A stretch of 64,000 nt of DNA from Candidatus Dormiibacterota bacterium (GTDB lineage Bacteria; Patescibacteriota; Saccharimonadia; UBA4664; DATLOE01), in contig DATLOE010000006.1 in assembly GCA_035536395.1 (NCBI GenBank), positions 6,899 through 70,898 of the forward strand, in the 5' to 3' direction. Positions 56,763 through 64,000 of this stretch are shown in pieces. Positions within the stretch are counted from its first letter, which is position 1, and each line of letters opens with the position of its first letter. Position numbers and translations under genes: made by a program. A model generated the notes under the pieces. That model saw nothing but the letters and a program-made list of their open reading frames with translations, did not search any database and was not told the DNA's origin.

Positions 56763-58794
56763 CCTTGGCTTTAATCAGTTTATTATCTGCAACCGTGAAC
56801 CATTGCTGGGTTTTGGCTTCATAAACCGCGGTAACGGCCTTACCGTAGCCTTCAAAACTGTACTGTTTTTCGAATGAAAGCGATTTATCAGATAGGCGCA
56901 TTATGCCGATTTTGGCAGTCTGACGACTGAAGACAGCCACTGTGTCCAGATTAATAACTTTAATTTCAGATATTTCTGACAGACCCTGGGGTAAGCCCTG
57001 AGCTTCATGGGTTTTCTGTCCCACCAAAAAGCGTTCCACCTTTTTGCCGCCACCGCTTATATAAATACTGCCGTCTATGGCAATGCTTGTAGCACTCTTT
57101 ATGCTTGGAAAGTCTCTTGAGCTAATCGAAGTAGAAGGTGAGGAGAAGCCGGCCAAAGTAGGTATATGTTTGTGAACGCCGGCATCATCTAAAACGTACA
57201 GACTGTTATTATAGCTGGCTATCGATCGGCCTCTTGCCCACGAACCCTGGCTGAGCTCCTTGCGTTCAAAGCGGTTGTCTTTAATCTGGTAGACCCATAC
57301 AGCAGGCTCCTCAGTTAGGATGTATATTGTGCCTCCGTCATCGGATACGGCTGAGGCCGTGATTACCCCTAGTCCTTTTGGAAGTGGCGCAGAGGTTAAC
57401 ACTTGGCTTGTAGCCGCATTGTAGACCGTAACGGCTTCTTCCTGGCCTATGACAATCAGATTACCCTCCACTGACTCTAGGAAGACTGGCATACTGTTTT
57501 TGTACTGCTTGATTACTTGCGGCTGTAGCCTGATTAATCCTTGCAGCTTGTCTATTTTTACTGCTACTTCTTCTTTGAGTTTTGTGACGCTTGCCGGATC
57601 TTGTTCCTCATGGGGTAGGGATTGCAGCTTGGCTTCAACCTGCTTAAGGGCCGGGCTTTTTGAGATGCTATCTAGTATTTTGTACGCGCTCTGTAAGTCT
57701 TGTTCAGCTGCAGCTTTATCCCGCAGCCCGAGCTTTTGCTGCCCAGAAAGAGTGAGAGTGTAAGCTTGCTGGTAGCGTTTCTGCTGTTTGCTGATTTCAC
57801 TAGCCCGCACCCATTGGTAGGTCGCCAGTGAGGCCACTAGCAGAATGGCGGCAGCGGCCATGATGACTGGCTTACGACTCTGTTTGCCTCTTATGGCCTT
57901 GCCCGCATAGTTTTGACTGCGTGCGATCGCTTTCTTTGTCAGCGGCAAAATACTCTGCCGATAAGCCGTCTGGCTCCGGGTATGGCCGTTCTTCAATACC
58001 TGGGCGGTTTTTTTAATAAAAGGCTTTAGGTTGTGTTGGGCACTTACGGCAAAAGACTCTCTGTCTTCAATGTGTAGTTCGCTTGGCTCATTGGGCAGAA
58101 CTTGCATAGCCAGGAGTTCAGGGGTAGTAACCGATGCTATTAGCCCTGAAGTGCGATTTAGGTTTGGCTGGGTTTTTAATATTTCGCCAATACGGCTTAC
58201 GGCCGTTTGGGGAGTTGAGTTGCTGGCAATGCTTCTTAACTCGGTCTGAGGAACCTTATGCATGAGGCCGGGAGTTGCAAAGACCAGCTGATCGCCGGTT
58301 TGAATTGTACCGCTGGCAACACTTTCAAAGGGTTGGCTATTATCGTTTGTTAGGCCTTCTGTCAGATCTATAGCGTGCTGTCCTCGGTACAAGTAGGCTT
58401 GAGCATTACCCATGCTCGATATTATCAGGCTGTCTTCATAGGCGACGGCGATGACAGCGTGGATCTTATCTGCCCATTCTGCCGATTGGCCGTATACTTT
58501 GGTGATGATTTCATTAAGTGCCTGTATGGTTGATTCGAAATTCGAAGTCCTATCAGGTTCACCTTCTTCGGTGGGTGGCGTGTAATAGGTTTCGCCAGCC
58601 GTTTGAATTAGAGTGTCAATTATCTCCTCCGCTTTCTTGGTGGGCCCCAGTACTTCAATTACCACGATTAGAGACCCAAGAGATTCAAGATTTTTAGGGG
58701 GCTCATAGCAGTAAGACAAGGCTGAACCGGCTGTAGGGTGCAGTCTTTTGCTTCGGGGAATGATTTTGGCAGTCTGGAGAATCAGCTTGGACAT
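56752..58794 (-). CDS. Membrane protein with a cytoplasmic PP2C-like phosphatase domain, one TM, a coiled coil and an extracellular beta-propeller-like repeat region
   Basis: The N-terminal region has PPM-like blocks (GSLIVVIEVLG; AVIAVAYEDSLIISSMGNAQAYLYRG). TM at ~aa 310-330. The C-terminus has repeated hydrophobic-G-D/N blade-like segments. Confidence 0.45.
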   Translation of the reverse strand: MSKLILQTAKIIPRSKRLHPTAGSALSYCYEPPKNLESLGSLIVVIEVLGPTKKAEEIIDTLIQTAGETYYTPPTEEGEPDRTSNFESTIQALNEIITKVYGQSAEWADKIHAVIAVAYEDSLIISSMGNAQAYLYRGQHAIDLTEGLTNDNSQPFESVASGTIQTGDQLVFATPGLMHKVPQTELRSIASNSTPQTAVSRIGEILKTQPNLNRTSGLIASVTTPELLAMQVLPNEPSELHIEDRESFAVSAQHNLKPFIKKTAQVLKNGHTRSQTAYRQSILPLTKKAIARSQNYAGKAIRGKQSRKPVIMAAAAILLVASLATYQWVRASEISKQQKRYQQAYTLTLSGQQKLGLRDKAAAEQDLQSAYKILDSISKSPALKQVEAKLQSLPHEEQDPASVTKLKEEVAVKIDKLQGLIRLQPQVIKQYKNSMPVFLESVEGNLIVIGQEEAVTVYNAATSQVLTSAPLPKGLGVITASAVSDDGGTIYILTEEPAVWVYQIKDNRFERKELSQGSWARGRSIASYNNSLYVLDDAGVHKHIPTLAGFSSPSTSISSRDFPSIKSATSIAIDGSIYISGGGKKVERFLVGQKTHEAQGLPQGLSEISEIKVINLDTVAVFSRQTAKIGIMRLSDKSLSFEKQYSFEGYGKAVTAVYEAKTQQWFTVADNKLIKAKAKL

Positions 58795-58883
58795 GTATGG
58801 CCCACTTTTGGCCTATGCTAGCATTATTTTACTCCCTAAACAATCCTTATGCTTATCTGTTAATCCTGCTATACTTAACTAAT

Positions 58884-61757
58884 ATGGAGTCGACTTTGCG
58901 AAGCTTGAACCCCGAACAGCGCCGGGCCGTAGAACATCTAGACGGCCCCCTTCTGGTTATCGCTGGGGCCGGAACAGGTAAGACGGAGGTAATCACTAGC
59001 CGGATTGCTTACCTAATTAATCACCACCACATTCCAGCTAGCCAGATTATAGCACTGACGTTTACAGATAAGGCAGCCCGAGAGATGGAGGAGAGGGTAG
59101 ATACACTGCTACCCTTGGGGTTAAATTTGCCTCAGGTACAAACATTCAATTCCTTCGGTGATCAGCTGCTTAGGGAGTACGCACTCGATATGGGCCTACC
59201 AATCAGTGCCAAGCTGATGTCTAAAACACAACAATTATTGCTTTTAATAGAGCATTTTGACGATTTAGAACTAGAATATTTTGCTCCTCGTGGGAATCCC
59301 TCTGATTTGTTTATTAACCTACTCGGCTACTTTTCTACCCTTCGTAATGAGCTGATACAACCAGAAGATTACGGTAAGTACGCCGCAAAGTCTGCAGAGT
59401 CTGCCGCAGGGGAAGAGGAAAAGCTCGAAGCCGACAAACACTTGGAATTATCAAACCTGTATAAAAAATATACCCAGATCAAAAAGAAGAAGGGCTTAAT
59501 GGACTATGACGACCAGATTAACCTGGTGATTGAGCTTATGGACAAGAGGCCAAACATATCAAAAGAGATCAGGGAGCGGTATCGCTATATATTAGTAGAC
59601 GAGTTTCAGGATACTAACTACGCCCAGAATTATCTGCTTGAACTTGTAGCAGGCAAGAAAGGTAACTTAATGGTGGTTGGAGATGACGACCAAAGTATCT
59701 ATAAGTTTAGAGGCGCGGCCGTTTCAAATATCCTCAGGTTCAGCGAAACATTTCAAGATGTAGAGCGTATCGTGCTTACCCGTAACTATCGTTCAACCCA
59801 AAAAATTCTAGATGCGTCCTACCGATTGATTCAGCACAATAATCCTGATCGTCTGGAGTTTAAATATCAGATTAATAAAGTTCTAGCAGCATCTGAGACT
59901 GGAACAGAGCCCACCCTTCTGCCCCAGCCCGATTATCATGCCGAGACAGAGGCAGTAGCAGCGCTGTTGGCCAAAAGAATAGCCTCAGGCACCAAGCCGG
60001 CCGACATAGCGGTTCTGGCACGCAAGCATAAGCAGCTAGAAGCACTTGTGCCGTCTTTGCAGCGGCATAAGGTGCCATTTAGCCTGCTCGGGCCTCAGAA
60101 GCTTTACAAGCAGCCTGAGGTGGAGCTAGTGGTGCATGCTCTAAGGTATTTGTCCGATCCTCATAATTCTGAGGCTTTGTACCATCTGCTGGCCAGAGAG
60201 CCATTTAAACTCGACATCCATCAGCTCGCGGCAGCGGCAGGTGGGGCAAAGCGAATGAATATGCCGCTGCGGCAGTACCTCCAGGAGCATCACACGGGGA
60301 GTAAAGATTTCAATGCCTCGCTTACAAAGTTCTTAGCATTCTTTGATGCGTTAAGAGATTCTGCTGCCAACCGCAGCGTACTCGAGGTGGCCTATAGCTT
60401 TTTAACTGAATCTGGGTATATCAGACAGCTTGAGACCAGGGCAGACCAGGACCCCACTATACCAGCCAGGTTTAAGAATTTGGAACGCTTTCTGCAGCTA
60501 CTAACCGATTTTTCTAGTATTGCTCATGACGCCAGTTTGCAGGCGTTTGCCAGTCAGTTTGACCACTTCCGTGATTTTACTAGCGAAGAGGCTTTTCAGG
60601 AGGCCGATTATGCTTTAGACGAAGTCAGGCTACTTACGATCCACCAGTCCAAGGGCTTGGAGTTTGAGACGGTCGTACTGTTTGATTTTAACCAAACCGA
60701 CTTTCCGGGCAGCTCAAGAACAGAAAGCCTCAAGATACCAGATACCTTACTGGCAGGCGAAGTACTACCTGCGGGCAACTGGCATTTGCAGGAGGAGAGG
60801 CGCCTCGCGTATGTGGCAATGACGAGGGCCAAAAAGGAACTAGTTATGACATTTTCACCTAACCATGGCTCAAAGCGCCTTCGCCGCCCGTCTATTTTTC
60901 TTCAGGAAGCGCTAGGGGATAAAGTTGAAATACCGGAAGCCGAAACAGCCACCTTCACCCTCGATCGCTTTGCTTCTGTGGCCGATAATAAAAAACTTGT
61001 TCAAAGCCGGCTTTATGATAATAAGGGCCGCTTAAGACTGACGCCGTACCAGATAGATGATTACCTAACCTGTCCCTATAACTTTCGCTATCGGGTATTG
61101 CTGCAAGTACCACAAGGGCCGAATCCGGTTCTGATGTATGGCAATATCATCCATCAGGCTATAAACCAGTATTACGTAATGAAGCGACAAGGCAAGATAG
61201 ACGAAGCAGTGCTTTTAAAAATGATTGAAGATTTATGGGTAAGCCAGGGATTCACCACCAAACAACAGGAGGATAAGATGATCAAACAGGCTCAATCTAC
61301 TGTTAAAAAGTTCATCGTCCAGGGGAGTAAGAGCGATTTAATGCCTGTTCACAGTGAGCATCCCTTTCAGTTTGAGCTGCCGAGCCACAAACTGGTGGTA
61401 AGCGGCCGGTTCGACGCGGTGTTTCAGTACCCAGATGGGCAGGTTGAGATCCGTGATTATAAAACCGGGCAGACTGATGACGAGGCGAAGGCCGAGGACA
61501 GGGCTAAAAAAAGTATTCAGCTTGGTATATACGCTCTAGCCTGGGAGAAGATAACAGGCAAGGCACCTGATATAGTTGCCCTGGAGTTCGTCGACACTGG
61601 CACTAGAGGCACCACGCATAAGACAGCCAAGCAGTTAATGGCTATAGAAGAGAAAATTATTGCGGTATCAGAAGGAATTAGAGCTGGACGGTTCGAGCCA
61701 AAGGGCGATCATCGCTATTGCGAGCATGGGCCGGTTCAGACTGGAATGCTGCTATGA
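58884..61757 (+). CDS. UvrD/PcrA-family helicase fused to a C-terminal PD-(D/E)XK (RecB/AddA-like) nuclease domain
   Basis: Helicase motifs GAGTGKT, DEFQDT, a VGDDDQSIY-like block and TIHQSKGLEF. C-terminal RecB-like motifs ...GRFDAV...EIRDYKTGQ... and terminal Cys residues. Confidence 0.75.
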   Translation: MESTLRSLNPEQRRAVEHLDGPLLVIAGAGTGKTEVITSRIAYLINHHHIPASQIIALTFTDKAAREMEERVDTLLPLGLNLPQVQTFNSFGDQLLREYALDMGLPISAKLMSKTQQLLLLIEHFDDLELEYFAPRGNPSDLFINLLGYFSTLRNELIQPEDYGKYAAKSAESAAGEEEKLEADKHLELSNLYKKYTQIKKKKGLMDYDDQINLVIELMDKRPNISKEIRERYRYILVDEFQDTNYAQNYLLELVAGKKGNLMVVGDDDQSIYKFRGAAVSNILRFSETFQDVERIVLTRNYRSTQKILDASYRLIQHNNPDRLEFKYQINKVLAASETGTEPTLLPQPDYHAETEAVAALLAKRIASGTKPADIAVLARKHKQLEALVPSLQRHKVPFSLLGPQKLYKQPEVELVVHALRYLSDPHNSEALYHLLAREPFKLDIHQLAAAAGGAKRMNMPLRQYLQEHHTGSKDFNASLTKFLAFFDALRDSAANRSVLEVAYSFLTESGYIRQLETRADQDPTIPARFKNLERFLQLLTDFSSIAHDASLQAFASQFDHFRDFTSEEAFQEADYALDEVRLLTIHQSKGLEFETVVLFDFNQTDFPGSSRTESLKIPDTLLAGEVLPAGNWHLQEERRLAYVAMTRAKKELVMTFSPNHGSKRLRRPSIFLQEALGDKVEIPEAETATFTLDRFASVADNKKLVQSRLYDNKGRLRLTPYQIDDYLTCPYNFRYRVLLQVPQGPNPVLMYGNIIHQAINQYYVMKRQGKIDEAVLLKMIEDLWVSQGFTTKQQEDKMIKQAQSTVKKFIVQGSKSDLMPVHSEHPFQFELPSHKLVVSGRFDAVFQYPDGQVEIRDYKTGQTDDEAKAEDRAKKSIQLGIYALAWEKITGKAPDIVALEFVDTGTRGTTHKTAKQLMAIEEKIIAVSEGIRAGRFEPKGDHRYCEHGPVQTGMLL

Positions 61758-62215
61758 GAGATGAATTATGGCTGCAGCAGCTTCTGGATGAAACCTGGGA
61801 TAAGTACTTTGCGGATGTCCCGCAAGATAATATTGTGCGGATAAAATTTGGCCGCCGGGCTCGTACTCGGCTGGGTTCAATCAGGATTCACCCCGACCAC
61901 CCGGATACTACCGAAATCACCCTTAACGGGCTGTTCAGGGATCCGGCGGTGCCCGAGTTTGTAGTACTTGCAACTCTGGTGCATGAAATGATTCATTACG
62001 CGCATGGCTTTAATTCTCCCCTGGAACAGAAGCACAGGCATCCGCACGCCGGCGGTGTGGTAAGAGCCGAGTATCGGGAGAGGGGGCTGGAGGAGCTCTA
62101 CTTAAGGCAAAAAAAATGGCTGAAAGCTAACTGGCCAGACATATTAAGAGCCAACTTCCAACCTGTAAAGCGAAGAATTGTAAAAAGAACAATACCCAAG
62201 CCGTTCTGGTTTTAA
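61754..62215 (+). CDS. SprT-like zinc metalloprotease domain protein
   Basis: HExxH in LVHEMIHYAHG, about 150 aa. The ATG at 61754 overlaps the helicase TGA (ATGA), indicating translational coupling. Confidence 0.55.
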   Translation: MRDELWLQQLLDETWDKYFADVPQDNIVRIKFGRRARTRLGSIRIHPDHPDTTEITLNGLFRDPAVPEFVVLATLVHEMIHYAHGFNSPLEQKHRHPHAGGVVRAEYRERGLEELYLRQKKWLKANWPDILRANFQPVKRRIVKRTIPKPFWF

Positions 62216-62216
62216 C

Positions 62217-62293
62217 TGGTCGGGGTGACAGGACTTGAACCTGCGACCTCAGCGTCCCGAACGCTGCGCGCTAGCCAACTGCGCCACACCCCG
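62217..62293 (-). tRNA. tRNA-Pro (anticodon CGG)
   Basis: The reverse complement reads cggggtgtggcgcagttggctagcgcgcagcgttcgggacgctgaggtcgcaggttcaagtcctgtcaccccgacca. It is identical to tRNA-Pro(GGG) outside the anticodon arm. Confidence 0.75.
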
Positions 62294-62354
62294 GTGTTGA
62301 GATTATATCAGGCGGCATGTTTAAGCCCCGGCTGCTCTTACGAGCTTCCGGGGC

Positions 62355-62627
62355 TTAATCGTCCTTGTACACATGTGCCTTACTGGATTCTCCTGGATTT
62401 TTCGTCCAGTAGATATTGCCGTCTGCCAGCTTAAGCATCCACCAATCTACCTCAACCTTGGTACCTCTTGGGGTCTTTGTAATACCCAGAGAGAGCGATT
62501 CGATATTTCGGTAGACGGTTTTTGCCTGGCTGCGGCTGGCGGCTTCACACCAGCGGCTTTTTTTCTCAGAATCACCGCTGACCAGCCAGTAGGCAGTAAC
62601 GCCTGGGTTGTAGCTTCGAACAGCCAT
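62355..62627 (-). CDS. Hypothetical small protein (90 aa), translationally coupled to the upstream zinc-ribbon gene
   Basis: TGATG stop/start overlap at 62625-62629. No recognisable motif. Confidence 0.4.
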   Translation of the reverse strand: MAVRSYNPGVTAYWLVSGDSEKKSRWCEAASRSQAKTVYRNIESLSLGITKTPRGTKVEVDWWMLKLADGNIYWTKNPGESSKAHVYKDD

Positions 62628-62884
62628 CAGATGAGCGGACCCATTGGATCGTACTCATCAGACTTCATGTTGTCTGCTCGATCGCTACCTCGCTTTCCGC
62701 TTGGGAGTTTGCGGCGCGAGCCATCCTTAACCCAACCACGCCCAGGATGGCGCTTCTTTGGGTTCATGCGATAAAGCTTGAGTTTGGTTGGCTCATCGCA
62801 GTTGGGGCAGTGGTCTGCTCCATTGAACTGCAAAGCTGATGTGCCGCAATTGGCGCATCCAGCATATGTTTCTGGGTTGGCCAT
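62627..62884 (-). CDS. Hypothetical small zinc-ribbon protein (CxxC-x12-CxxC) with a basic C-terminal tail
   Basis: MANPETYAGCANCGTSALQFNGADHCPNCDEP... Confidence 0.4.
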   Translation of the reverse strand: MANPETYAGCANCGTSALQFNGADHCPNCDEPTKLKLYRMNPKKRHPGRGWVKDGSRRKLPSGKRGSDRADNMKSDEYDPMGPLI

Positions 62885-63012
62885 TGCGGCTCCTTTTCAG
62901 CAGGTTGGTGTTCAAGGTACGATTAACATATATATTATAACCATAAAAGCTATAAATGTCAATGTCTGTAGCTGTGAAACAGATAAGAAATTTGGTCTGC
63001 TATGATGTTTTT

Positions 63013-63435
63013 ATGTCTGATACGCCAATAAAAGCCGTGGTTTTTGATCTATTAGGGGTGCTCATCACCAGCCAGCATCCCATGGGCCAACCGCTATTAC
63101 TTGAGCTGGCTAGCAGCTTACGCAAAGCAGGTTATAAAATCGGGATTCTCTCTAATCTCCAGCCCAGCGATCAGCTTCAGAAAGACTGCGCCCAGCTATT
63201 TGAGCAGTTCAACGTAGTAATCTTTTCTGGTGAGACGGGCCTAGTTAAACCCGACCCAGAGAGCTATATTTCTGCCGCGGAACAGTTGGGCTGCAGGCCA
63301 GAAGAGGTTCTAATGATTGACGACGCAGCAGAAAACACCGAGGGGGCAAAGAGGGCGGGGTGCCAGGCTATCTTATATCGCACAGAATCCCAATTACGGA
63401 GCGACCTTAAGGCGTCTGGACTACCCCTCGGCTAG
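63013..63435 (+). CDS. HAD-superfamily hydrolase (short form)
   Basis: The DxD motif in VVFDLLGVL plus downstream S/T and D motifs. TATGAT lies 7 nt upstream of the ATG, so the transcript is leaderless. Confidence 0.55.
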   Translation: MSDTPIKAVVFDLLGVLITSQHPMGQPLLLELASSLRKAGYKIGILSNLQPSDQLQKDCAQLFEQFNVVIFSGETGLVKPDPESYISAAEQLGCRPEEVLMIDDAAENTEGAKRAGCQAILYRTESQLRSDLKASGLPLG

Positions 63436-63467
63436 CTTAATCAGGCAGTTTTTCGTACAATCTTCTT

Positions 63468-64000
63468 ATGGATACGACCTTAGTCCTCGTGATATTAATA
63501 GCCGTCATGGCAATCGGCTTTGCTGGCATAGCCCTGTTTGTTAACAGTAAGCTGGGCGGACTAAAGAACGACACAGCCCTGGGGCTGATAAAGCAAGATT
63601 TTCAGGGCATGCATGAGCGGTTAGATAAGGCCGCTACTGTTTTCGGCGGTTTACAGCAAGAGCTTGGGCGTATGCAGGAGCTGGGCCGCAGCATGCGCGA
63701 CATTCAGGATGCCCTGAAATCCCCCAAGCTAAGGGGTAATATTGGCGAGCAGATGATGGCAGAGATGCTGAGCCAGCAGATACCAAAGGGCAATTTTAAG
63801 CTGCAGCATGCTTTCCGCTCGGGAGAGAAAGTCGATGCTGTTATAAAAACCCGGAACGGCTTAATACCGATCGATTCTAAATTCCCAGCCGAGAACTTCC
63901 TTAAATACGTTCAGTCAAAGGATGAGGCAGAAAAGAAGCGCCTACATAAGGATTTCGTGGCAGATGTAAAAAAGCATATTCAGGCGATATCAACCAAGTA
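63468..64000 (+). CDS. rmuC: DNA recombination protein RmuC (N-terminal part; runs off the window)
   Basis: ATG at 63468, open to the window end. N-terminal TM, coiled coil, then DAVIKTRNGLIPIDSKFPAENF matching the RmuC core. It is absent from the ORF track because no stop codon lies within the window. Confidence 0.65.
   Translation, partial: MDTTLVLVILIAVMAIGFAGIALFVNSKLGGLKNDTALGLIKQDFQGMHERLDKAATVFGGLQQELGRMQELGRSMRDIQDALKSPKLRGNIGEQMMAEMLSQQIPKGNFKLQHAFRSGEKVDAVIKTRNGLIPIDSKFPAENFLKYVQSKDEAEKKRLHKDFVADVKKHIQAISTK

Noticed and set aside
62355-62884. Frameshifted single gene interpretation for the two abutting small ORFs
   Set aside because: The junction is a clean TGATG stop-start overlap typical of translational coupling. 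The downstream ORF begins with ATG at the overlap, so two genes are more parsimonious than a frameshift.

Overview
This 64 kb window reads as a gene-dense, roughly 50% GC chromosomal segment of a small-genome bacterium. A Patescibacteria/CPR-like or Gram-positive-like organism is a guess, not established.

Housekeeping content I can support:
- Cell envelope and polysaccharide genes: O-antigen-ligase-like/TPR, UppP, DedA, an LCP protein, three GT4 and one GT2 glycosyltransferases, a WecA/MraY-family transferase, a WbaP-like sugar transferase, and MurT/GatD.
- Translation genes: ThrRS preceded by a probable T-box leader, ArgRS, the infC-rpmI-rplT operon, L25/Ctc, L28, MiaA and SmpB.
- RNA genes: six tRNAs (Arg-CCT, Asp-GTC, Thr-CGT, Gly-CCC, Val-GAC and two near-identical Pro genes with GGG and CGG anticodons), RNase P RNA (type A) and tmRNA.
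- DNA repair genes: a Y-family polymerase, a UvrD-family helicase fused to a RecB-like nuclease and translationally coupled to a SprT-like protease, an alkyltransferase-like (ATL) protein, an orphan Mu-Gam-like protein, partial RmuC, and a partial Xer-like recombinase at the left edge.

The most unusual signals are:
1. The tmRNA 3' end is duplicated 488 bp downstream, and the two ~41-nt direct repeats bracket a 463-bp insert carrying a single small Cys-rich two-TM protein gene. I read this as a mini integrative element or scar with no integrase.
2. The same architecture appears in smaller form downstream of tRNA-Arg, tRNA-Asp and tRNA-Gly, where a 20-38 nt copy of the tRNA 3' end lies 95-165 bp downstream.
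3. A ~450-nt intergenic region with a consensus sigma70 promoter and an intrinsic terminator but no plausible ORF looks like an unidentified structured ncRNA.
4. A 530-bp AT-rich non-coding island sits between convergent genes.

Many genes appear leaderless, with a TAnnnT -10 element 6-10 nt upstream of the ATG. No CRISPR array, rRNA, or integrase/transposase other than the edge Xer-like fragment was found.
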